Assembly: GCA_010093705.1 (NCBI GenBank)
Contig: MU006089.1
Span: 756,011 to 820,010, forward strand
Length of the DNA: 64,000 nucleotides
Source of the DNA: Patellaria atrata CBS 101060
Taxonomy: Eukaryota
Direction of reading: 5' to 3'
Shown: positions 12,100 to 24,862 of the stretch, one piece after another
Layout of the letters: each line of letters begins with the position of its first letter
Position numbering within the stretch: position 1 is the stretch's first letter
The notes under the pieces: model-generated
Told to the model about the DNA's origin: nothing
The model's input: only the letters and a program-made list of their open reading frames with translations
Databases searched by the model: none
Translations under genes and position numbers: made by a program

Positions 12100-12962
12100 G
12101 TTTGAGCCTTCCTTTGGCCGTTTGATATTCGCAGCATTGTCTGGCCAGCGTTCTGGAATTAAACGGGGTAGCAGATACCTTGATTGGCGTTCTGGGAGTC
12201 AGCGTGGTCTTCGATGTTGGTTCTTGTACTATTACATACTTTGTATGGGAACTTAAACGATTGAATTGGCTGGAACTGACTTATCGTGCTTTGCTTGAGT
12301 ACGATGCGATACCTCTATTGTACATCTCCCTTACCATGGCGGGTCGCTGCGCTCTGTATATTCGCTGGACAACTACTGCATAGCCAACTAAGCACAACAA
12401 ACTCCCTGCACGCCTCCTTTCCACATCGTCTAACAACCTCCTCACTTTTACACATCCGACGTAACTAGTGGCAGACTACCTTGGTTTGGAGGTATATGCT
12501 TCGCATATCGTTCGTCATATGCAACAATACAGAGGTTCGACGAAAGATATCAAATCGCCTATTCGGGAACAGCGTTACTGATTCACGGTTAATATTAGGT
12601 ATATACACTCTAATACTTCACTCATCTCCACGCTTCCCCTTCTGCTATTCTTTATTTTCTCTACTATTGTTTACTTCGTCCTCCCTTCCTGCTCTTTTCC
12701 CCTCTCCCCTATCCCTCCTGCACGATATGCAGTACCCCGGCACACGAGCACAGCGACGAAGCACATAAAACGCATTGGATGAAGGGATGATATAACAAAT
12801 TTTATTTGTATAGACAAAAAAAAAGAAAGACTCCATAAGAACAGAAAACCAAAGTTACCCTAGAACACGATAGATACAAGGTTTATTTCCCCATCTTACA
12901 CCCACTTCACCCTCCCCCAACCCTACCAAATCTAAAAGCATAACACATCACCCTGAAACCCT

Positions 12963-14017
12963 CTACCCAGTAACAGCCAACCCCTTCTTAATCTCCGCAA
13001 TCGCCTTCGCCGGATTTAACCCCTTCGGACACACCCGGGAACAATTTAGGATGGTGTGGCATCTGTACAAACTCATGCTATTGTTGAGGGCATCGTAGCG
13101 GTGTGCGGTCTTCTCGTCACGGGAGTCCGCGATCCAGCGGTACGATTGCAGGAGAACGGCGGGACCGAGATATTCTTCGGCGTTCCACCAGTAGGACGGA
13201 CACGAAGTGGAACAGCAGGCGCAGAGGATGCATTCGTAGAGGCCGTCGAGTTTCTTGCGGTCGGCTTTTGATTGGCGGTATTCGCGGCCCTGTAATTTTG
13301 TTAGTTCATGTGGTGGAGGGAAGTATTAGGGACATGTACATCTGGCGGTGGTGTATCTCGTTGGAGGTAGGGTTTGATGGAGCGGTATTGTTTGTAAAAT
13401 TGGGTTAAGTCGGGTACGAGATCCTTGACGACGTAGGTGTGCGGAAGGGGATAGACTCGTGATTCTTTAGCTGTGTCTGTCGGAATACGACCTGTAATTC
13501 CCAGATTTGTCAGTCAATTGCCCGTTTATACCTGGATTGAAGAAGTCCGTACATAGACACGCTAAAGTATTGACACCGTCAATGTTCATCGCACAACTCC
13601 CACAGATACCCTCTCTGCAACTTCGCCTGAAAGTCAATGTCGGATCCACCTCATTCTTAATCCTAATTAGAGCATCCAAGTACATGGGCCCCGTCTTGTT
13701 CAAATCCAAAGTGTATGACTGCATCCTCGGCTTCTGGTCCGGGTGATCTGGATCCCATCTGTAGATATGGAAGGTTTTAATCTTCGAGTCCTTATCTGGA
13801 GCTGGCTCCTTGACCGTCGAAGTCTTCTTCTCTGACACCAGTTCGCTGCTCGCGGAGATCTTTTCGGTTGTAGCTGCGATGGGTTCGACGGAGGCAAAGC
13901 CTCTTCTCCATACGGCCGGAGTAACTGCTTGCAATTAGGATTGTTATGGCATCAATGCGATTGATACGTACATCTTGCGGCATTTGCGAGCCGTGTGCAG
14001 GTGCGTAAAGAGGCCAT
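12963..14017 (-). CDS. SDH2: Succinate dehydrogenase iron-sulfur subunit
   Basis: [36 protein letters not shown] and [17 protein letters not shown]e-S motifs; mitochondrial presequence [11 protein letters not shown]; 3 introns. Confidence 0.97.
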
Positions 14018-14139
14018 GATTGTGTGGTGTTTGGTGGCGTCGTTAGATTGAGGGGAGAGTTGTGGTTACAAGATGGCGATGAGGTCGATAAATTCGCCAA
14101 GATTATAAAACGGCCCATCCGAGGTTGCTTTGTGTCCGA

Positions 14140-14159
14140 CCAATCAGAGGGAATGAATT
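14140..14159 (+). promoter_or_regulatory. CCAAT box fitting the bipartite CBC/HapX consensus CSAAT-N12-RWT, upstream of SDH2
   Basis: CCAAT CAGAGGGAATGA ATT, ~120 bp upstream of the SDH2 ATG. Confidence 0.55.
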
Positions 14160-14210
14160 AGTAGCCTTTGTTACTTGACGGTTCAGCATTCGCCCGATAT
14201 CATCCGCACG

Positions 14211-14420
14211 ATAATTTTTTTTGGTTTTCATTTAATATGGAGTAAGAGAGCAATTAATCTTGTAAAATCGCGACAAAAAATCTCGAAGATCTATGTGCGA
14301 TACAATGATTTCGGATAAGAACTAGTGAAGTTCGAAAAGTATTGCAGTAAACACGAACGACCGGACGGGATCACGGGAAAGTCGTGTGAATGCACGAGCT
14401 ATCCGAAATCTTGGCACAAG
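14211..14420. repeat. Solo copy of a degenerate ~200-bp dispersed repeat
   Basis: Shares ordered blocks (aattttttggt...agcaattaat...aaatctcgaagat..atgtgcgata...aagtcg.gt...gcacg.gc.atc.gaaat.ttggca) with the units at 32.37-32.95 kb. Confidence 0.7.
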
Positions 14421-15327
14421 TAAGATATTGATATATAGATGCATGCTCCAATCTTCCCTTTAAACAAGACCTTCCATTTACTCTATGATATAAAAGGAAA
14501 ATATTAATTCAATACACTACATCATTTACTTCCCTCTAGATCCTTTGAGCTTTTCCTAGTACGGGTTTGAAGCCGCAGGGACATAAGATAACCTATAACT
14601 GTTGAAGGGATTTCTTAGTAAAGGTAGCAGAGAATAGGGTCAAGGGAACCGGTTACTACTACATACGAATATTCTACATATATTTAAATTATAAGGAATG
14701 CTCTCGATTTCAAGGACATATCTCAGCCCATCTGCTTGGTAACTATGCACGTGCTAAGGAGATAGTTCGACAGAAGAAGGGGCGGATTTCAGGGATGGAT
14801 CTAGGTTCTGAGAACCGAGGGCCAGGCTACCGGATTTAAAATGTCTAGAATAATTTGAATAAGAAGGTCGGAGTAGAAATGATATTAGGACCTAAGGGAT
14901 CATTATAATCATAGTCGCCACGATCGCGGAGACCAGATCAGATAGCGAGCGGGACCTCCTTGGACCCTGATATCGTCACATTTCCTCCCACCAGTTCCAC
15001 AATTGGAACTCTCAAAAATCTATCACAAATATCTCACAGCTCTAAGAAACTGATCTCACCTCCTATGAAGGTGAATATCTAATGTATTTCGTGCATATAT
15101 GAGTGATATCTCACAATTCAACAACTGGCTTTCCAGATTAGGAAGCTCCTTATCGATTGATCCTCCCGCAAGCCTCATTTGACAAACAACACCTCAGGCG
15201 CGCCACAGACCGGACGAACATCCTACCGCATTCCTCTTTGCGCAAAAGGATAAAACTCCAGCAATTCCTCATACTTCTACAAACCCATATCCAAACCCTT
15301 CGCGCAAACAGTCCTACCACCGCAACA

Positions 15328-15998
15328 ATGGCCGGGGGAACAGGTTCATTCGCAACCTTCCTAATCATAGGCCGTTCGTCTCCTCCCCAACGCAGCGCCA
15401 GCAAACCAAGATACTAACCCAGCACCCAGCAACATGTTTCTTCCTCGGGATCCTCTTCTCCTCCTTCCCCTACGACTACAACGTCCTCTGGACCACGCCG
15501 CCGGACCGCGAACCCTACTTCCAGCTGCTGGAGAACCACCTTCGATTCCTGCACGCGTCGCCCCCGCTCATCAGCCGCATCCTGCACATCGCCATCGGCA
15601 CCGGCATCCTCGGCTTCCTCATCAAGCTCTACAAGCCCAGCGAGGCTAACATGCTCTTCGACGGCGCCAGCCTCGTCCTCTACATGGTCGGCATCACCGT
15701 ATACATCGCGAACATCGTCAAGGGTCTCAGACTCGTGACTAGTGGAACGTATGGCGCGCAGGAGTTGGTGGAGGGCGAGATCGTTGCTAGCGGCGAGAAC
15801 GGTGAGCCCGAGTTTATTAATAGGGAGGATAGTTTGAGGGTCCTTGCGGCTAGTAATACTATCTTGGCGCTTGTGTTGATTGGCGTGTTGATCTTGCAGG
15901 CCGGTCAGTGGTATGCGCAGCGGAAGGAACAGGCCGAGATTGCGGAGATTGAGAAGGCGGCGCAGGAGAAAAAGGAGAGGGGGAAGAAGAAGCAATGA
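15328..15998 (+). CDS. SHR3: ER membrane chaperone for amino-acid permeases (Shr3/Psh3 family)
   Basis: MAGGTGSFATFLIIGP|TCFFLGILFSSFPYDYNVLW...KLYKPSEANMLFDGASLVLY...VLAASNTILALVLIGVLILQAGQWYA; one intron 15374-15429; basic C-terminus GKKKQ. Confidence 0.93.
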
Positions 15999-17081
15999 GC
16001 ATGGGATGGGGGTTAATGGGTTGGGTTCGGTGGGTGTCGTTGGTGGTTGGGATGGTGATATACGTCTGGGATCCGGTCAATGTGGAATTATGCTCGCTTG
16101 GTGATGATTGCATGGGAAACTGCATGTATTCTCTATGTGTGATCGTACCTTATTTTTTTTTCTCGATTATGAAAAGTGTATACTTGTGTGCCATAATATG
16201 CTATCTTTACGTCTAACCTTATCTCACCGTGTTGTGGATATTTTATATCAGGTTGAGTCATCATGTCTGTTCGTCGATCTATCCTATAAACAAAAAGTGA
16301 GGTCGAAAACGACGGCTACGACTAACACAAAATCACAACCCAAATTCCACATGTTCTCCCTAGCCCATAACCAATTGAAGATGAAATATGAAACTGAATT
16401 AGAAGCTCAACACCCTCATCAGTTCTAGCCAAGGGTAGAGGAGCAGGTTTTATTGAGCAGTATCCCAATGTTATGCTATAGAACAGCTGAGATAGAAGAG
16501 AAGAAAATATATACTTAAGAGGGTGACTGAAAGAAACTGAGATATTGGGACCTGGTTCTTGCTAAGCCGATTTCGGAGTTAATAATCCTTGAATAACACT
16601 CTATGACGAGATGAAAGATTTAAAATAAACCGTGGCATGGGATGCTGAGTCTTAATAGTAAGCTGACTCTTCGTATTACCCAAGATGATCAAAGAGATTA
16701 GTGAGTTGCAAATATCTACCATGAATGGGTCTAATTTCGGGGTATCTATATCTCTCTTCATAACTGCAGTCGAGCACCTGTAAACTCCTTTTTGTCGTTC
16801 TCCAGACTCTAAGATTGCTCGGTAATCTCCAATCCCATTGAAATCTCGTGGAGTAAGGTGAATAACAGGTAATGATTAAATAGTACAGCCCAAAGTAACG
16901 CCTTCCAGGAGAATGTGGAAGTAAAGATCCTACCTAAAGCAGCCTACTATAGGATAGAGCGTCATCCGAACGCTTCAGTGATATGTGAGAGTATTTCTAG
17001 GACTATATATCTGCCCGTCTACCCGGTCTAACCCACAATGGTATAAATTGAGACGGTAAACTCTCCGGCTCAGATTCCCCA

Positions 17082-18203
17082 TTAAATCTTCGGTCCTCCT
17101 TCCCGCTTTAGTTTGCTCCTCTGCGCCAAATTCCTAGAAGCGGAGACAGCGAGACAGACATGGTGGCTCAGCGCAACAAGCTCGTTATCCTCATCCATGA
17201 TGATAACCTCCAGATCGTATCTTCCATTCTTGATATGCTTCGCGCTGACCCGGACAAACAGATAATCGACACCCTCAGCCGGTAAAGATTTCTTCACGTC
17301 CAAATTCATCAATAAGGTCGGATACCAGAACGTCTCTGCTTTTGTGGAGGCGGTGTTGTCAAGGATCTGAGGCCACATGTCGGCAAAGAAAGCTACATCC
17401 TCGTTGATGATCTTTTCTCCAGACCTGAAACCTATCCACTGGTCGGCGAGCAGGGGTCCCGCTTGGCCAGCTCGCGGAAGGAAGCCTTTGACATTATTGG
17501 TAGCTTTTCTGAAATCCGCAAATGGAAGCACTGGCACTTCCCACAACGGATCGTTTCCAGCCTTGAGAGCAGTTACGTCCGTACTCGGCGGTACGGGGTG
17601 GAGCTTCCATTGGGTGTCAACGGTAATTCCAATCTCTGTGTTGAGGTTTGATTGGGTAATATAGCCAACGATCTCTTCTCTGTCGTCCTGGGTGAGGGTG
17701 ACGTGAACGATACTAGATTGCCTGCCCAGCTTTGTGTCTTTGATGACAAATGTTGCTGGGCCAACTTGTGTGCGGCGGAGAAATTCGAGGTGTAATGCTA
17801 TCGTATGAGGCTGATTTTGATTTGATAGTGTCGTTGAGAAGTGTAACGACACAACACGCATGATATATGCGGTAACATAGCCACCATGAGGAACTACTCC
17901 AGTATTAGTATGGACATTATTTCATAAAACTATGTTCGTCAACCTGATATGATGGAAGTGAGGTAGCTCATTTAAGTGGTATCATCAAACTGAAGCTAGA
18001 TCTTAGGATAATGGTCTCCCTTTGATCTTCAGGTTAAAACGGTAAAGGATTTGTATACACAGCGATTCCAAATGAAGCTAAGTTTAGAAAGAAATTATTT
18101 ATGCTTTATTACCTGAGCCAATACACCAGCTAGTTTCAAAGTTGCCAGTATATGTGTGGGAGTCAAGAGCCTGTATAGGACTACTCCCCGATATGGAAGC
18201 CAT
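17082..18203 (-). CDS. Acyl-CoA thioesterase-like (double hot-dog fold) protein
   Basis: Exon 1 ...SWCIGS joined to VPHGGYVTA; HLEFLRRTQVGP, LGRQSS, FWYPTLLMNLDVKK, NGRYDLEV motifs; intron ~18112-17895; ends PKI. Confidence 0.85.
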
Positions 18204-18681
18204 GCTGGGCGGGAAAGTATAGTTGTAAAGCAATAGGTGAGGAATAGTTCGACTTATCTTGATCTGAAAGACAATTGTCTCCATATGTAGTCGAAGAGAT
18301 TCAAGCTTGCTCAACCGAGGTTTTACAAGTTAAGTAGTTATATGCGAGAGGCCGATCCATTTTTGACGAGGGCGGAGGCGGGGTACCAGGTCGGCGGTTG
18401 TTGAAGTTCGGCGCAAAAATCATTTCCCGAGCCCCGAGCCGCGGTATCTTCCAAGACTGAGGACAAGCTCGCCGTCATTTGCAGTAATAACCCTGGTGAC
18501 TCTATCGCCGCAGTCCTATCATTAACAAATAACTTCTTCGCAGGTGCAGTTCAATTGATGCTTCTGATAATTTCGATTGTATAGGTTGAATATCAAGAAA
18601 ACTCACCCAGAGTCTAGGATTGTTTCTGGGTCTGCATATTCGCAAATGGAATAGGATATATTTTCCTTACTTTCGTACATC

Positions 18682-20474
18682 ATGCCGGTGGAGTCGCCGT
18701 ATCCCTCGTTCGAGGTTCCTGATATCGATATTTGGACTTTTTTGTTCGAGAACAACAACAGAGAATATCCGGATGACAAAGTGATTTACATTGACTCCGT
18801 CACTAAACGGTCCTACAGTTACGCTCAGGTTAAAGAGACTGCGATCACTTTTGGAACCGGCCTCAAAGCTCTTTTCTCGTGGCGAAAAGGCGATGTTCTT
18901 GCGCTATATACACCAAACAGCATCGATACTCCTGCTGTAACATGGGGAACTCACTGGGCTGGCGGTGTCCTGTCGCCGGCGAACCCGGGCTATACTGCTG
19001 AGGAATTGGCATATCAGCTGAAGGACTCAGGCGCTAAGGCACTTATTACTCAATTACCGTTTCTTACAACGGCGAGACAGGCTGCTCGAATGGTAGGCCT
19101 AGGTGATGACCGGATTATACTCATTGGAGACCAGCGAGATCCTACCGGAGCGATCAAACACTTCACTAGTATCAGGAACATATCCGGAGCGACCAGATAC
19201 AGGAGGACGAAGGTAAAGGAACCGAAAGAGGACCTGGCATTCCTGGTCTATTCGAGTGGAACAACGGGAAAGCCGAAAGGGGTCATGCTTACCCATGGCA
19301 ATATTGTTGCCAACATTATGATGATTGCAGTCACTGAAGGGACAAATGTGAGTTGGAAAGGCGGACAAGACGGCAAAGGAGATAAGATTCTAGCTTTCTT
19401 ACCTTTCTTCCACATATATGGTAAGCGTACTTTTGGTCTCCGTGCTCTGTTGCTAACAATTACAGGGCTTACCTGCTTGATTCATCTAGCTTTACATCAT
19501 GGAACCACATTGGTCGTTATGGCTAAGTTTGACATAGAAAGCTGGTGCAGAATTGTGCAAGACTTCAAGATAACGTTCTGTTATGTCGTTCCGCCGGTAG
19601 TCCTTCTTTTGAGTAAACATCCGGTAGGAGAAAACTATGACTTGTCTTCGATCAGAATGATGAATTCTGGAGCGGCTCCTCTGACAAAGGAGGTTGTGGG
19701 TGCAGTCTACGATCGACTAAAGCTGAAGGTAAAGCAAGGCTATGGGCTATCTGAAACTAGTCCAACAACACATACGCAAGTAAGCTAACACTTCATTCTA
19801 TGTCGACAGTATCCAAAACTTGGGTGACTAACAGAATACAGTCATGGGACGATTGGGATAATCATGTTGGCTCTGTGGGGAAGCTTCTTCCTTTACAAAC
19901 GGCTAAATACATGTCTCCTGAAGAGAAAGAGGTTCCTGTCGGCGAGACCGGGGAATTGTGGATTCGAGGACCAAATGTGTTCAAAGGCTACCTGAACAAT
20001 CCAGAAGGGACCAGAAACGCACTGACTGACGACGGATTCTTCAAGACAGGTGATGTCGGCCATCAAGATGCCGAAGGGAATTTTTACATCACTGATCGAG
20101 TGAAAGAGTTGATAAAGTACAAAGGATTCCAAGTAGCTCCCGCGGAACTCGAAGGATTGCTAACCAGTAATCCCGCTGTCAATGATGCGGCGGTAGTAGG
20201 TATATACAAGGAAGAACAAGCTACAGAAGTACCTATAGCTTTCATAGTACCTGCACAAGGTATCGAAAGGACCCCAGAGGCCGCACAGAAGATTATCTCG
20301 TGGTTAGAGAAGAGAGTAGCGAACCATAAGAGATTGAGGGGTGGAGTCAAGTTTGTTGACGAGATTCCAAAAGCTGCATCGGGAAAGATCCTTCGCCGGT
20401 TGTTACGAACTCAAGTCGAGCAAGAAATGCAGGCACTTCTGGCCAAAGATACTGTTATCAAGGCCAAGTTATAG
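18682..20474 (+). CDS. 4-coumarate-CoA-ligase-like / phenylacetyl-CoA ligase-like acyl-CoA synthetase, peroxisomal
   Basis: YSSGTTGKPKGV AMP-binding motif, QGYGLSETSP, GELWIRGPNVFKGY, TGD, DRVKELIKYKGFQVAPAELE, GKILRR; C-terminal PTS1 AKL; introns 19421-19465 and ~19780-19841. Confidence 0.93.
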
Positions 20475-20816
20475 CTCTCCAGATGTGATCTTCTCTATCT
20501 ATCTCATCCCGCGACCTACTCGAACTACTGAAATCAGGGAATTATTGTACCGAGATTTCGTAGTATCTTTTCCCCTCTCTTTCACATTATACGACATGTT
20601 GGTCTTGCGGTCTCTTGTTCGGGTTACTCAGATTCTTTCCTCTCACAAGACGAATCCCAAGTTTCTGATACAATAAAGTTTGCTTGGGTCACTGAATGAT
20701 AATGACTACGTAAACATAGTCTGCAAACAAAATATCGACGACGGTGATCTGTGACTGGGAGAATCTATACGGTGATCAAGCTAGGAGGACTTTTATATAA
20801 CAATTCGAGATGGGGA

Positions 20817-21514
20817 TCAATATTCCTTCTCGAAGATCTTTTGGATGGGCGCAGCAGCCTGTCCAGCAATAGTCAGCAATATGTAGATAAAGAATGAAAA
20901 TCTGCGTGTAAGGCCTAGGGCAAGATTGTGCATACCTCAATGAATTTTTCCAAATCCTTATCTAGATTGGCGAGGTCGTCCTTGCGCTTATTGTTTTCTG
21001 CGATCAGACCTTGCTTCTTCTTTAAGAGACCTTGACGTTTCTCTTCCAGCGCCTGTCGCTGTGCGTGTTCGTGATTTATGCGAGCAACCATAAGAGTATT
21101 GTTATCATCATCGCTATGCTCGGGAAATTGAGCGAGAAAATCGTCAACAGGTATAAGAGGTAGTTGCTGGTATTTGTGTTCATAGGCTTCGCAAGCAGCA
21201 ATTTCACCCCGCAGATGCCTCTGTTCGTAATACAGGTTCTGAAGTTGGAGATGTAGAGTATCGATTTCTTGCCTGGCTTCGGCGGTTGCTTGCTTTGTAT
21301 TTCTCACACGAAGATTGGCGGACCGAGTAAGGCCACGAACATGAGATAGATGGGAGAAGAGTTGTTTCTGTTGGGTCGCTGCTTCCGCAGTAGCAGATGG
21401 ATTATGGATGTTGTCGAGAGTCTGTAGCAAAGAAATGCATTGATCGCGAGCGAGAGACGCAGCGTCCAACACCCCAATTAGAAAGGGGTCGACAATATGG
21501 TCTGAGTTCGCCAT
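20817..21514 (-). CDS. THO complex subunit 5-like (FmiP/Thoc5) short fungal protein
   Basis: LHLQLQNLYYEQRHLRGEIAAC...LMVARINHEHAQRQAL coiled-coil signature; last exon AAAPIQKIFEKEY* after one intron. Confidence 0.8.
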
Positions 21515-24500
21515 TGTGGTTAACTATATGCTTCGTGATGCTTTCGTGGGATAATGTTGAAGGGCGCGGAGTGCGAAATGCGCAATGTTGATGTTGAGGT
21601 TCGAAGTCGGCCATTTCGGGCGCCAAGAACGGATCTGATCACAAGTCCCCCACTGTGTTCATGGCTATAACCTAAAAGCAACAACAGTACAGTTAGTTAA
21701 CGAATTTGTACTCCGTAACCCAATGTACTTTCCGTGCATATCTTGCTTTGTACAGTACAGTATCATGAATAACAATAGAAATACGGTACGGACTTAGCTC
21801 TCGTCGTCGAAGTAAAATACATTTTCAGTTTGACGGTGGTGGATATCAATTCTAAGCTAAGTTCGATATATGCAGTACCGAATTCCGTAGAACTAAGGTA
21901 CTCAATCTAAGACCTCGTACTCAGTATAATAGTCGTAGTCGATTAGTCGACTAGAGAAACTAGTTATACCTCCTGTCTAACATCAAAGCTTGAAAGTTGT
22001 ATGTACAAACAGCTGCGGAGCAATCTTCAGCCCTTAAATCCCTTACCAAAGTCCAAAGCTTAAGTTGTCAACCGTACCTTGGTCTAATATGGTAGTCAAT
22101 AATGACTACTATTAGATCCCCTGCAGTGAACTACCCTACCTCATGGGGTGGAAGTTTCCGATCAGAGACCTTCTATTTGAGAATGCTAACGGTTCTGAGT
22201 GAGGGTCCAATTCTTGAGAATGTGTACCCCCTAATTTTCAGATATCGATGGAGTGTAGATGCAGGTTCACCGGACCCAGCGCCATAGAATTGTCCACTGC
22301 CGCGCCTCATGATGGGCTTTAGAGAACCTGAAGGCGCAGGGCAAAAGTTCTAGACCCTTTTGACGGGGCAAGAATCATATGTGTGATATGCAGCATGGTG
22401 TAAATAGTTCTATGTATGAGTCATCCGATATCCGTAATAATTGACAAGGTCATGATTGGCCTGATTGAAACGTCAGTCAAAATAGCGACGCATCTAGAGT
22501 CTGGAGGTAATCCGGTGAAACATCGGAAGGGATTGTTTTATTACCGTAAACTTTTGAAACTACAAAGTTCTAGCCGAACCTAACGGCCTGAAATTGGGTG
22601 ATCGACGCGATTATCAGGACTACCTACGCCATACAGTACAAAGTTCACTTGTTGGGAAGTCGAAATCTCGATGTAACTAGCCCACAAAGGAAGGAATTTT
22701 GCAGTATTCTTCAATCTCTCCATAAACACGAGACTAACGCCTCGATCCAACTCGAAAAATACCGATCTTGTCGCCGACCAAGGATCACATCGATAAAAGA
22801 CTAGAACTATGGCATCGCAGCTTTTGCCACTTGGTGTGATCAACCGAACGAAATAGATGATCTTTCTAATCTAACCTCATCGTAGAGCTCATCGATAAGT
22901 GCGTCGGCTCGAGGATATGGGTTGTCATGAAGGGTGATAAAGGTACATCAGCGATTCGATCCTGCATTCAATTTGGCAGACTATATCATTAATACGGCAA
23001 GAAAGAATTCAGTGGCACCCTTCTCGGGTTCGATGACTACGTCAGTGAGTACTTCCGTAGCGCGATTCAACTCTTTGTTGAATTTTTTCCGTGTCCGTGC
23101 CAGCTGATGATTGCGTTATAGATATGGTGTTGGACGACGTAACGGAATTGTAAGCTATATCGACTTGGTGAAATTTGCTCCTAACCGCCAGATTCCAGTG
23201 ATTACTCTGGTGCCCCAACCAAATTATCAAAAATACTCCTTAACGGTAACAATATTTGCATGGTAGGCGGCCTTTACAAGCGCATCCAATTGACATACTT
23301 ACTTAAAACCAGCTTATACCTGGTGGAGAGGGTCCAGGCGCGCCCAACGTTTGATCAGTTGTGACGGATGTCCAGGTTCTCTTAGGTCCTTGTTCCCTTA
23401 ATCCCCTTAAGAGGAGCACATTTAGATGCGGGATGCTTGACTCGATCTGTGATAGATATATCCCGTAAAGTCTTCATAGTTCTAGTCCGAACCGACCATG
23501 CATGTTTCATTTATATTCGGAGGGATCGTTATACTAGATAAATATGAAGCTAAGCTTCATTTGTGTTTGAAGTTCCACATATAAAACGAGTACACGCTCA
23601 GTATGTGTGTATTTAAGCGCGAATACCATATCGAGATTTTGACAGTAGTGGTAGTTCTACACCAGTTTGCTGTTATTTAAACACTCGGTTCTCCAAAATC
23701 ACAGATTGCTACCTTACGATCGCAAGGGCACACGGTGATTACCGACTGGAATCCCCTAGACCCATACGGCACAACCTCCGCGTTACCGTGCAGTCCCCCT
23801 GACCCCTTAAGGCTTTGAACGTCCGCTTTCCCCTTGGCGCGGTTCTTGAGGCTCGCCGAGTCGCCTGCATGCGGTTCGTCATTTTTGTCGCCTCCTCGAT
23901 GCGCAGCTAAACACAACTACAGTGAAGCTGAAGATCTAAAGTTGGTTACTTATACTAATAAGACTGCAAGGACTGGTACGAGTTAGAGGACCCTGATCAC
24001 CTCAAACTCTTCCTTTTTCAATGCGCAATAGGGTCGCATTCCTTACCAATACCGAAATTCTCAACGAACTTCCGACATCTGGTTCCATTCGCTCTGGAGC
24101 GCGGAAATATCAATACTGTCATCTGCAAATATGTGCTCTTGAGGTGCATATGCCAGTTACGTTTTGGATACCGTATATGCTTCCTCAAGCGCATAAATTC
24201 CTTCCTCAGAGGTGTCCACGCATACGCATCCATAGCCGATTCAACAATTTAACGCTCAAAATTAGCGATCGAGGACTAGCAATTGAAAATTTACAGTCTG
24301 AACACTAGAATTGTCTTCATTACATCTAATTTTGCTTTATCTCACACATAGTGCATTCTTCCTATTCCAAAATTTCGCGGCTCCATCTTCTATTAGTTTA
24401 TGAGAAGTTGGAGCGGCCCTATTATAACCTTTTGTATCTTCAAATTCTACCTTCTTCGTACGAACTTCTCTTTCGTGGGTCTAGTTTCGGACTTCGAAGA

Positions 24501-24862
24501 CTCGTCACTATTGTGTGAGCTTCTATAAGTGTTATTTCCATGGCCTAGGGCGCTGAAAGTTATTCCAGGAACTATTACCTTCTCGCGCTCCGGCGCACTG
24601 CAACAATTAGTGTCGGTCTTCCGTTTTCTCGTACTTGTCAAGGATATTACTTAAGTCTCTTTACCTGTCAAAGATCTTTCATTGTTCCCAGCCTGTAACG
24701 ACATTAATATCTTGGCCTTTGTATCACAATTTGGAGTACTACCATCTCTGGACATCAATTTTTTTTTTTGAAAAAAAGATTATTTTCCTGAAGTCTGGAA
24801 CGATATAGTTCCGCATTATAGACCTATTTACAAAAAGACTGCCGAACGGTCAACCGCGCTTC

